From an uncultured Clostridia bacterium (GTDB taxonomy: Bacteria; Bacillota; Clostridia; TANB77; CAG-508), in the NCBI GenBank assembly GCA_944386695.1, contig CALXCB010000002.1:12322-76321 (forward strand): DNA of 64,000 nt, in the 5' to 3' direction. The position numbers and the translations under genes were made by a program. How positions within the stretch are numbered: the first letter of the stretch is position 1; each line of letters begins with the position of its first letter. Under the pieces are notes generated by a model that worked only from the letters and a program-made list of their open reading frames with translations, was not told the origin of the DNA and ran no database searches. Below, one piece after another: positions 49,272 through 58,275 of the stretch.

Positions 49272-51122
49272 ATGTGCGGAATTGTTGGATATATAGGATC
49301 TCAAAAAGCTAGTCCTATACTTTTAGCTGGACTTTCAAAATTAGAATACAGAGGTTATGACTCTGCAGGAATTGCAACTATCGAAGGGAATGTCTTAAAA
49401 GTTGTTAAAAATAAAGGTCGTGTTGAAAGTCTTTATAATTTAGATGATACAAAAAAATTAGAAGGATCTATTGGTATTGCTCACACTAGATGGGCAACTC
49501 ACGGAATACCTTCAAAAATAAATTCTCATCCTCATTTAGATAATTCAAACTCTTTTGCTGTTGTTCATAATGGAATTATTGAGAATTATATTGAAATTAG
49601 AAAATTTTTAGAAAAAGAAGGTTATCATTTTATATCTGATACAGATACGGAAATTATACCTAACTTAATTAGTTACTTTTATAATAAAGATACTAAAAAT
49701 GATGATTTAAAAATTTTAAGAGCTGTAAAAAATACTTGTGATAAATTAATCGGAAGCTTTTCTTTAGAAATATTATCTTTATATATGCCTGATAATATGA
49801 TTGTTGTAAGAAAAGATAGCCCTTTGGTTATAGGTAAAGGAAATGGTGAAAGCTATATTGCTTCTGATATACCTGCTATTTTAAGTTATACTAAAGATTT
49901 TTATTTATTAGAAAATTTTGAATATGCTCTTTTGTCTAGAGATTCAATTAAGTTTTATGATAATGATTTAAAAGAATTCGAAAAGAAATCTACTACAATC
50001 ACTTGGGATGCTATGGCTGCTGATAAATCTGGCTTTGAAGATTATATGCTAAAAGAAATTATGGAGCAACCTACTGCTGTTAGAGAAACAATCGGTTCAA
50101 GATTAGATGATATTTATTGTAATTTTGATGAACTTTCTTTTACTAAAGAGTATTTAAGTTCTTTGAAACAAATTTATATAATTGCTTGCGGTACAGCTAT
50201 GCATGCAAGTTTAGGTGTAAAAGATACAATTGAACATTTATGTAAAATTCACACTGAAATTGCTGTGGCTTCTGAATTTAGATATCGCAACCCTCTTATA
50301 GATGAAACAACTTTATGTATTTTTGTTAGTCAATCAGGTGAAACAGCTGATACTTTAGCTGCATTAAAACTTTCAAAAGAACATAAAGCAAAAACTATAT
50401 CTATAACAAATGTTATTGGTAGTTCTATTGCAAGAGAATCTGATTTTGCACTTTATACTCATGCTGGTCCTGAAATTGCTGTAGCTTCTACTAAAGCATA
50501 TACTTCTCAAATAACTTTACTTACTTTACTTGCTATGTATTTTGCTGAAATTTTAGAAACTACTTCTACTGAGGAATTAGAAAAACTAAAATTAGATTTA
50601 CTTGCTTTACCAAATAAAGTTGAAACATCTTTAAAATTAACATCTCAAGCTAAAAACATTGCTAAAAATATATTTAAAGAAAAAGATGTATTTTATCTTG
50701 GTAGAGGCATAGATTATGCTACAGCCTTAGAAGCTTCTTTAAAATTAAAAGAAATTTCTTATATTCATTCTGAAGCTTATTCTGCTGGTGAATTAAAACA
50801 CGGAACCATTGCATTAATTGAAAAAGGCATTAATGTAATTGGCATAATGACAGATGAAAATTTATTAAAGAAAACTGTAAGTAATATAGAAGAACTTATA
50901 ACTAGAGGCGCTGTAACCACTGTTGTAGTTTCAGAAACAACTTCTAAACAGATTGACCATTCAATCTTTGATAATGTAATTGTTGTTCCTGATACAAATA
51001 TTTATTTATCACCCATTGTTACAGTTGTTCCTTTACAACTTCTTGCTTATTATGTATCTAAAGAAAAAGGATTGGATGTTGATAAGCCTAGAAATCTTGC
51101 TAAGTCTGTCACAGTTGAATAA
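49272..51122 (+). CDS. glmS: glutamine--fructose-6-phosphate aminotransferase (isomerising)
   Basis: 616 aa. N-terminal MCGIVGY Ntn-amidotransferase. Two SIS domains. C-terminus ends with ...KSVTVE. Confidence 0.95.
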   Translation: MCGIVGYIGSQKASPILLAGLSKLEYRGYDSAGIATIEGNVLKVVKNKGRVESLYNLDDTKKLEGSIGIAHTRWATHGIPSKINSHPHLDNSNSFAVVHNGIIENYIEIRKFLEKEGYHFISDTDTEIIPNLISYFYNKDTKNDDLKILRAVKNTCDKLIGSFSLEILSLYMPDNMIVVRKDSPLVIGKGNGESYIASDIPAILSYTKDFYLLENFEYALLSRDSIKFYDNDLKEFEKKSTTITWDAMAADKSGFEDYMLKEIMEQPTAVRETIGSRLDDIYCNFDELSFTKEYLSSLKQIYIIACGTAMHASLGVKDTIEHLCKIHTEIAVASEFRYRNPLIDETTLCIFVSQSGETADTLAALKLSKEHKAKTISITNVIGSSIARESDFALYTHAGPEIAVASTKAYTSQITLLTLLAMYFAEILETTSTEELEKLKLDLLALPNKVETSLKLTSQAKNIAKNIFKEKDVFYLGRGIDYATALEASLKLKEISYIHSEAYSAGELKHGTIALIEKGINVIGIMTDENLLKKTVSNIEELITRGAVTTVVVSETTSKQIDHSIFDNVIVVPDTNIYLSPIVTVVPLQLLAYYVSKEKGLDVDKPRNLAKSVTVE

Positions 51123-51195
51123 TTTTTCAAAAGGGTCGTTTCCTTTCGCGAAAGGAAACGACCCTTTTGCAAAAAGAAACGACCCCAATGAAAAA
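51123..51195. repeat. compound palindromic element, copy D, between the convergent glmS stop and the PLP-enzyme gene stop
   Basis: TAA-TTTTTCAAAAG-GGTCGTTTCC-TTTCGCGAAA-GGAAACGACCC-TTTTGCAAAAA-GAAACGACCCC-AATGAAAAATC. Confidence 0.7.
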
Positions 51196-52437
51196 TCATA
51201 ACATTGAAATTGCTTTTAATACACCGATTTTTCCATATTCATATGTTAATCCTCCCTGCATATATGCAATATATGGTTCTCTTAATGGTGCATCACAACT
51301 TAATTCTATTGTTGCACCTTCTACAAATGTTCCCGCTGCCATAATAACCTCATCAGTATAACCAGCCATTGGACTTGGAACTGGAGTTACAAAACTATCT
51401 ATTGGTGAACCTGATTGTATTCCTTGACAAAATTTAATTAATTTTTCTTTGTCGTTAAATATAATATTTTGCACTATATCTGCTCTTGGCTCATTATATT
51501 TGGGATTTGTATTATAGCCCAATCTTTCTAACATTCTACTTGCAAATATCATTGTTTTTAAAGAACTTGCTACTACTGATGGTGCAAAAAATAGTCCTTT
51601 TAAGTAATTTGTATTTTGTCCTAATGATGGTCCTATTTCTTTTCCTAAACCTGTTAATCTTTCAGCTACAAGCTCTATTAAATCTTTGTTTCCTACTATA
51701 TATGCTCCACTTGTTGCGATTCCTGCTCCTAAATTTTTTATTAATGAACCTACCGCTATATCTGCTCCGACTTCTATTGGCTCTTTTTCTGCAACAAATT
51801 CACAATAACAATTATCTACCATTATAATTACTTCTTTATTTACTTTTCTTATTTCTCTTATAATTTCTTCAACTTGATCTATTCTTAAGCTTTTTCTTGT
51901 TGAATATCCTATAGACCTTTGAATTTCCACTAATTTTATGTCTTTTTTTGACAATCTATCTACAATTTTTTCTGTATCAAATTCATTATTTTTTAAATCT
52001 ATTTGTTCATATTTTATATTATATGATTTTAATGAACTTGGGCTAGGATTTTCTCCTATTCCTATTACGGTTTGTAATGTATCATATGGAAGTCCTGTTA
52101 TACTTAGCATAATATCATTTGGTCTCAATAAACCTTGAAGTGTAATTGCTAAAGCATGTGATCCTGATATTAATTGACTTCTAACTATGGCATCTTCTGC
52201 CTTAAATATTTCACTATATATTTCTTCTATTTTATCTCTTCCTGCTTCGTCTATTCCATATCCTGTTGAAGTATTTAAATGCATTCCTGATAAATGATTA
52301 TTTTGCATGGCTTGTAATACTTTTAGACTATTTATTTCACATATTTTTTCTATTTTTGCAAATTGTGGTTTTATTTCTTCTTCCACTTCTATTGATAATT
52401 TTTCTATTCCATCACTTATTCCAAAATTTTTATACAT
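51196..52437 (-). CDS. aluminium-resistance-family protein (YnbB-like PLP-dependent Cys/Met-metabolism enzyme fold)
   Basis: ~413 aa. Resembles the PF06838 / methionine-gamma-lyase-like family. Start set at MYKNFGI, which is 15 nt after GGAGGG. Confidence 0.7.
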   Translation of the reverse strand: MYKNFGISDGIEKLSIEVEEEIKPQFAKIEKICEINSLKVLQAMQNNHLSGMHLNTSTGYGIDEAGRDKIEEIYSEIFKAEDAIVRSQLISGSHALAITLQGLLRPNDIMLSITGLPYDTLQTVIGIGENPSPSSLKSYNIKYEQIDLKNNEFDTEKIVDRLSKKDIKLVEIQRSIGYSTRKSLRIDQVEEIIREIRKVNKEVIIMVDNCYCEFVAEKEPIEVGADIAVGSLIKNLGAGIATSGAYIVGNKDLIELVAERLTGLGKEIGPSLGQNTNYLKGLFFAPSVVASSLKTMIFASRMLERLGYNTNPKYNEPRADIVQNIIFNDKEKLIKFCQGIQSGSPIDSFVTPVPSPMAGYTDEVIMAAGTFVEGATIELSCDAPLREPYIAYMQGGLTYEYGKIGVLKAISML

Positions 52438-52478
52438 AATTAATCTCATTCCCTCCTTTAGGTATAAATCTGGTTGGA
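52438..52478 (-). promoter_or_regulatory. conserved 5' leader motif, copy 3 (CCAACCAGATTTATACCTAAAGGAGGGAATGAGATTAATT) at the PLP-enzyme gene start
   Basis: Near-identical to the murG leader. Lies inside a ~85-nt 5'UTR downstream of a TTACAA-16-TATAAT promoter (52517-52544, minus strand). Confidence 0.4.
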
Positions 52479-52577
52479 AACTATTTGTAATTATTTTCCA
52501 ATCTCTCTTATCCTTCTAATATCCTATTATAACTTAATTTAGCACTTTTGTAAACTCTTTTATAAGCTAATTCATAG

Positions 52578-52616
52578 CAAAAAAAATGCATTCAATTCAG
52601 AATGCATTTTTTTGTT
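52578..52616. terminator. bidirectional rho-independent terminator (AATGCATTC...GAATGCATT flanked by A8/T8)
   Basis: 9-bp stem with flanking homopolymer runs, directly after the cysteine-protease gene stop. Confidence 0.65.
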
Positions 52617-55090
52617 TATTTTACATCTTTCATTTTTCTATATTTTACATAGCATATAACAAATACTATTGCTACTGCACCTATTATTATTAAAATAGTT
52701 CTTATTCCTGTATCTGGCAAATCTCCTGAATATTGTGTATTATCCACTGATCCTGAATAACCAGTTCCTGCCCCAGAATAGTTAGATGTTGGTGTATATG
52801 TAATTTGTCCAAATCCGCCATCTCCAATATCAATTTCTGAATTATTAGTATCAACATCAATTAGCATTGCTGGAGATACTTCAGTAACTGATTCATCACC
52901 AATCGTCGCAACTTCTTTTATATATACATATGCATTTTCACTATCTTCTTCTAAATCAGCCAATTGAGATTCATCATTTATAGTTAATGTTATCTTATAT
53001 GTACCTTCTGATTGCTTTTCAAATGAATCTGCTTTTAACCATTTTGATTCTTCTATATTTTCCTTATTAGGATCAGAACATATGTAAAAATAATGTTCAT
53101 ATTTTTCACATAGTTTATCTACATTTATATTTTGTACTTCTATCTTTATTTCAGCATCAGTACTTGTTGTAATTTTCATACTAGTTATATATGCCTTTGC
53201 TTCTGTAAAATCCGAATTTTCAGGTAACTCTTTGTCATCAGGATTTGGGTCTGGGTCTGGATTAGGATCTGGATCTGGATTAGGATCAGGATCTGGATTA
53301 GCTATTTCACCTGTATAATCATTTTCTGTTACTGCTTTTATGCAAAGATTTCCTCCATAACTTAAAGTCTCACTTGAATCTCCCACATCAACCCAGTTGG
53401 CATCATCACTAAAATAATTTTCAAAAGTAATAAAGCTTTCTTGTGGATTTGATGAAGTATTTTCATCTCCATTAGGTCCATCTGGACTTTCAAAAGTTAT
53501 ATATGTATATTCTCCTTCTGTATGTTTTACTTTTAAAGCAATAACAAAACTATCACCTGTTAGTTTATATGCTTTATCCAAATTTATAGTATTATATCCT
53601 GCATTTAATGTAATTTCACTTCCTGATGTAAGTTCTGCTTTTTGTAAATCATCTTTTGCTTTACTGCTTCCATTAGGATTAATATATACTTCATATGTAT
53701 TAGGAACCCATGTTGTAACTCCTATAGATGTTATATATTCATCTTCTTCTGTATCTCTTTGAAATACATTTGCTATATAAGTATCATTTGTTTTAGAACC
53801 TTCATAAGCTAAAACATAATTTCCACCTAATTCATCATATTGATAAATATTATCATATGTTTTTGTATCATTAGCACTTACAATTCCAAATAAGTCATTA
53901 TATATAGTTGCATCTTCATAAGAAACATAATATATTCCATTATCTCCGTTTTTTAAAATAACCTTTTCATTTGTTTTGTCTATTGTAAATCCTATTTTTT
54001 CTAATTCTTCTAAATATTTATCAAAATTTTCATCACTAATATCTCCACCGATTTCTTCTTTTATTTCATCAAAAGTATATTCTTCTCCTTCTCCCCAAGA
54101 GTTTCTTACAATCCAAGCTCCATTGTTAGTTGGTTTTGTTGTAAAATTATCTTTAGAATAATTATCATCCCATCCAATAATAGAAACAGCATGATTAGGT
54201 TGAGTTGTTGAAGTTATTTTATCAACATACATAGCTCCTGTTTTTTCATTAATATATTTTTCACTTCCCTCTGAACCATCTGAAGCATATACTCCAGCAT
54301 ATAGAGAACCGTATGTTGAAACATGTTCCTTAATTTCTTGTTGTACATCAGCTAATTCAGCTTCACTAGCTTCATTTGTATCTGCTATTGAATCAAGCCA
54401 AGCTATATCATTTACAGTTGTCTGGACTTTTTTGTTTTGTATTTGACTAATATCTATAGCTTCTTGGCTATTAACAAATGGCATATCTTCTTCATTTATT
54501 GCTCCTTGCCCATTTGTTAAATATGCAGTTGACATTAAATAAGTTTCACCTTCACTTATATCTTTAGAATAACCATATTCATTTTTTTGTCCTTCTAAGA
54601 AACTTTGAGTCATTGAATATGCCATATGTCTTTCTGAATAATCATATATCTTTTCAGTTGCTTGATTATTATAGTTCTTCAATGCTAAATTGGTTTCTAG
54701 TGAACTCATTGAAGCAAACGCCCAACATACATTAACATCTTGTTGATTTCTTATTGTTAAATTATTTGGTATTAAATCTTTTAAAGAAAATTTACTTTCT
54801 GTTGCATATGTTGAAGATTTTAATACATTAATTAAATTCTTTAGTGTTATTTTTTGATTGGCTAATAAAGTTTTATTTGTACTATTATTTACACTTGAAA
54901 TATCGTATTTTCTTGGTTCTAAGATTTTACTTTTTTCTTCATCAGACATTTCTATATATTCTTCATATTGCTTTGTATATGGAGCTTCAATAGCTTTAAA
55001 GTCGTTTGATGATATAGCAAATACAGATCCCGCTAGTAAAAATATATTTATTATAAAAATGCCTATTATTTTATTCATTATTTTTTTCAT
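52616..55090 (-). CDS. cell-wall-anchored papain-like (C1 family) cysteine peptidase with signal peptide, (PDPDPN)n linker and LPDTG sortase motif
   Basis: N-terminal signal peptide. Active-site Cys context QQDVNVCWAFAS. PDPDPNPDPDPNPDPDPNPD repeat. C-terminal LPDTG, hydrophobic segment and KYRKMKDVK tail. Confidence 0.8.
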   Translation of the reverse strand: MKKIMNKIIGIFIINIFLLAGSVFAISSNDFKAIEAPYTKQYEEYIEMSDEEKSKILEPRKYDISSVNNSTNKTLLANQKITLKNLINVLKSSTYATESKFSLKDLIPNNLTIRNQQDVNVCWAFASMSSLETNLALKNYNNQATEKIYDYSERHMAYSMTQSFLEGQKNEYGYSKDISEGETYLMSTAYLTNGQGAINEEDMPFVNSQEAIDISQIQNKKVQTTVNDIAWLDSIADTNEASEAELADVQQEIKEHVSTYGSLYAGVYASDGSEGSEKYINEKTGAMYVDKITSTTQPNHAVSIIGWDDNYSKDNFTTKPTNNGAWIVRNSWGEGEEYTFDEIKEEIGGDISDENFDKYLEELEKIGFTIDKTNEKVILKNGDNGIYYVSYEDATIYNDLFGIVSANDTKTYDNIYQYDELGGNYVLAYEGSKTNDTYIANVFQRDTEEDEYITSIGVTTWVPNTYEVYINPNGSSKAKDDLQKAELTSGSEITLNAGYNTINLDKAYKLTGDSFVIALKVKHTEGEYTYITFESPDGPNGDENTSSNPQESFITFENYFSDDANWVDVGDSSETLSYGGNLCIKAVTENDYTGEIANPDPDPNPDPDPNPDPDPNPDDKELPENSDFTEAKAYITSMKITTSTDAEIKIEVQNINVDKLCEKYEHYFYICSDPNKENIEESKWLKADSFEKQSEGTYKITLTINDESQLADLEEDSENAYVYIKEVATIGDESVTEVSPAMLIDVDTNNSEIDIGDGGFGQITYTPTSNYSGAGTGYSGSVDNTQYSGDLPDTGIRTILIIIGAVAIVFVICYVKYRKMKDVK

Positions 55091-55384
55091 AAGAATTTTC
55101 CCCCATATTTTATGGGTTGTGTAAAGTTTATATATAAAAAATGGCTTAAAGCATTGATATTAAAGCATTTCTGCTAAAATATGTTCTCCCCCCCTTAGAC
55201 TAAATTAATTATGTTTCCTCTTAACTACAATCTATGTGCTTTTAAAATTTTGTAAAGGCTAGGCAAAGCCTATTCATTTCAGCCTTTATAAAATTTTATA
55301 AAGCATATTATAATTGAGTTAGAGGATAAGTCTTAATCAACTTATGTCTACCATTTTTTCATATTTTATTTTACACTACCTATT

Positions 55385-58204
55385 TTATTTTACTTCTTTT
55401 AATTTTCTATATTTTACATATGTAAATATACCAGATATTAATACTACAATTATAGATATTATTATTATTCTATTATTTCCTGTTTTAGGGAGACTATTAG
55501 ATGAGGTTGTATTATCTACTCTTGATTGAACCCTATTTGATCTACTATTATTACTATTATTTCCACTAATTCCACTTATATATGGATTTCCACTATTTTG
55601 ATTTTCTATATTAAAATTATTTGTATTATTATCTGTATTTGTGTTATCGTCCGTATTTGTATTTGTGCCTGTATTTGTATTATTGTCTGTATTGGTATTA
55701 TTATCCGTATTTGTATTTGTGTTATTGTCAGTGTTTGTGTTTGTATTATCGTCCGTGTTTGTATTGTTGTCTGTATTTGTGTTATTATCTGTGTTTGTAT
55801 CTGGGTCTGTATTTGTGTTATTATCTGTGTTTGTATCTGGGTCTGTATTTGTATTATTGTCTGTATTTGTACCTGTATTTGTATTTCCTATATCAGTATT
55901 AGTATCATCGTTATCATCTTCTTCCAGAGTGTTTACTGTAACTTCATTTGTTTTTACAAAATTTCCTGCCATATCATATATTTCAGCATAAATACTATAT
56001 GTAGTGTTTTCTTCTAAATTAGGAAATTGATGCACTTTTTCAACAGCATTTGTCTCTCCTGTTCCTGTGGTAGCATAAGTATCTGTTACCTTTGTATAAT
56101 CTGCATCAGATTGCTTTTTATAATACCAATCTATTCTTGCTAATCCACTTTGATTATCTTGTACAGATACCTTTGCTGTAAATTCTGTACTAGTATTTCC
56201 AGATGCCGTTAACTCATTTGTAATTGTAGGATTTGCAATATCTACATGATCTACAGTAACCTTTTGATTTATTATATTTCCTTTTTCATCTTTAAACCAT
56301 ATATAAACATCTTTATTTTGCTGTAATATAATTTCAATTTGAACTGTTGTTGCCTCAGATTCAAAATCCTTCCAAGCAGAATCTGATGGAGTTGCTTGAC
56401 TGTCTGTAAAAGCCCAACTAACTATTGGTTTACCACAAACAGCATATGCCTCTATTGTATTTTTTGTTGCCCATTCATTTGTAACATCAACATTTGCTAT
56501 TACTGGCTTTGAAAACATATTATTGTTAAAATTAATTCCACCATATCCATAATATTTATCTTTTCCTGCAGTTCCTAAATCTTCACTATTGTCTATTAAT
56601 AAATCTTCTATTTGGCTTATTGTGTGATTAGTATTTTCAGCTTTTATCAAAGCTACAGCTGCTGAAACAAAAGGTGCTGCAAATGATGTTCCTGAATTCA
56701 TTTGATATTCTTCAGAAGATGGCTCAAAATCTGCATTGTATAAATTATCACCTGTATAATATGGTAAAATTAATCCTTCTCCTGGTGCAGCAAAATCTAC
56801 AGTATCTCCATAATTAGAAAAACTAGATATATTATCATTTATGTCTATCGCTGAAACTGCAATTGTATATTCACTACTAGCTGGATAAAGAACATTTTCT
56901 TCTCCGTCATTTCCAGATGCACATATAACAGCTTTTCCAGAATTATATATTTGCCTAAATACACTTTCTGTAATAGCCATAGCTCCACTATCTAATTCAT
57001 TTTTATCTACACCTAAACTTAAATTTATTACATCGACATAATTTGTTATTGTAGATAATCCTTCTAATGCGTCTGATAAAATACCCTTACCATCACTTCT
57101 TAAGATTTTAACTGGAACTATTTTTACATTATTAGAAGTTGATTGAGCTATAATACCTGCAACCATTGTCCCATGCCCATTATCATCTGAGATATCATTA
57201 TTATCATCAACATAATTGTATGAATGAGTTGTATCAAGTCTATCTGCTGTTGTTTCATTTGCAAATACTTCATGTGTAGTTCTTACTCCAGAATCAAATA
57301 CAGCTACTTTAACTTCTGTTTCATTCTGTCCATAGTTTAGTTTATTTGTATAGGTTCTTAATCCTGTTGAGCTTATCCCCCAAGCATAATTATTGTTAGA
57401 AATACCTAAAGTATCTACTGTTGTTCCAACACTATTTTCTGTTTCAATATCATCTAATAATTCAATTTCAATATCTGTACTTATATTATTGACTAAGTCA
57501 TCTTCTTTTAATATGTTATATCCTTCTTTTGTATCTTCTGCATTTTCGTAATGGACAGTATATATATCATCTGCAAGTTTTTTAATAGATTGTATATCTC
57601 CACCATTTTGTATTTTTGTTAAATTAGCAGTTTGCATTATGATTGTATTTGTTGAATATGGATTTTCTACTTTTATATTTCCATCTTCATACTCAACATC
57701 TCCAGTAATGTTGTCATTTAAATAATTATAAAAATTATCTTCTGAAGATATTAATTCTTTTTCTTGTTCTTCTGTTATATCAAATAAATCTGCTATATCT
57801 ATTTCATTTCCATCTACTAATGCTGTCCCTGAATCCAAATCAAATTCCATATCAAAATATTCTTGATTTATCTGGTCAAATACATTTGTATTATTATCTA
57901 CTTGATCATTTTCTACTTTATTGCTTTCTACAGAAGTATTTATTTGTTCTTGTGTAGCTGAATCTTGCGTTAAATCAACATATAAAACATCTTTGTCACC
58001 AATTGTTATTTCTGTATTTTTAGCTATTATCTCCTCTTCTACTTTTTGATTTGATCTATATATTAATTGAACTGTTAATATTACACCTAAAATAGTTAAA
58101 ATTATTACAACACAGCTAATAAGTATTTTTAAACTTTTTTTTGATTTGTTATTATTCATCATATTTTCTCCTTTTAATATTCTACCTTTTTTATCATAAC
58201 ACAC
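55385..58204 (-). CDS. cell-wall-anchored subtilisin-like serine peptidase (S8) with (NTDNNT)n repeats and LPKTG sortase motif
   Basis: Catalytic triad contexts VAVFDSGV (Asp), HGTMVAGII (His), GTSFAAPFVSAA (Ser). C-terminal SLPKTG, TM segment and KYRKLKEVK tail. Confidence 0.85.
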   Translation of the reverse strand: MCYDKKGRILKGENMMNNNKSKKSLKILISCVVIILTILGVILTVQLIYRSNQKVEEEIIAKNTEITIGDKDVLYVDLTQDSATQEQINTSVESNKVENDQVDNNTNVFDQINQEYFDMEFDLDSGTALVDGNEIDIADLFDITEEQEKELISSEDNFYNYLNDNITGDVEYEDGNIKVENPYSTNTIIMQTANLTKIQNGGDIQSIKKLADDIYTVHYENAEDTKEGYNILKEDDLVNNISTDIEIELLDDIETENSVGTTVDTLGISNNNYAWGISSTGLRTYTNKLNYGQNETEVKVAVFDSGVRTTHEVFANETTADRLDTTHSYNYVDDNNDISDDNGHGTMVAGIIAQSTSNNVKIVPVKILRSDGKGILSDALEGLSTITNYVDVINLSLGVDKNELDSGAMAITESVFRQIYNSGKAVICASGNDGEENVLYPASSEYTIAVSAIDINDNISSFSNYGDTVDFAAPGEGLILPYYTGDNLYNADFEPSSEEYQMNSGTSFAAPFVSAAVALIKAENTNHTISQIEDLLIDNSEDLGTAGKDKYYGYGGINFNNNMFSKPVIANVDVTNEWATKNTIEAYAVCGKPIVSWAFTDSQATPSDSAWKDFESEATTVQIEIILQQNKDVYIWFKDEKGNIINQKVTVDHVDIANPTITNELTASGNTSTEFTAKVSVQDNQSGLARIDWYYKKQSDADYTKVTDTYATTGTGETNAVEKVHQFPNLEENTTYSIYAEIYDMAGNFVKTNEVTVNTLEEDDNDDTNTDIGNTNTGTNTDNNTNTDPDTNTDNNTNTDPDTNTDNNTNTDNNTNTDDNTNTNTDNNTNTNTDNNTNTDNNTNTGTNTNTDDNTNTDNNTNNFNIENQNSGNPYISGISGNNSNNSRSNRVQSRVDNTTSSNSLPKTGNNRIIIISIIVVLISGIFTYVKYRKLKEVK
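55600..55890. repeat. imperfect ~15-18-bp tandem DNA repeats (TGTATT(A/G)TT(A/G)TC(C/T)GTATTTG...) encoding the NTDNNTNT low-complexity region of the subtilase
   Basis: Direct inspection. These repeats lie within coding sequence and are not a CRISPR array. Confidence 0.7.
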
Positions 58205-58275
58205 CTATTTTCCTTTTTCAAGAAAAAACAAGAATGTTATACATTTGTAACATTCTTGTAATTTTAATGTAATAT

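Noticed and set aside
53222-53292. Possible CRISPR-like short repeats (GATCCAGATCCTAATCCAGACCCAGAC...) and the 55600-55890 repeats
   Set aside because: Both lie inside protease coding sequence and encode PDPDPN / NTDNNT low-complexity stalks. There are no spacers, no leader and no cas genes.
55598-56017. Cys-rich plus-strand ORFs (55598..56017, 55621..55902, 55641..55991) resembling a metallothionein-like or keratin-like peptide
   Set aside because: They are antisense translations of the subtilase repeat DNA, and their periodicity comes from the nucleotide repeat.
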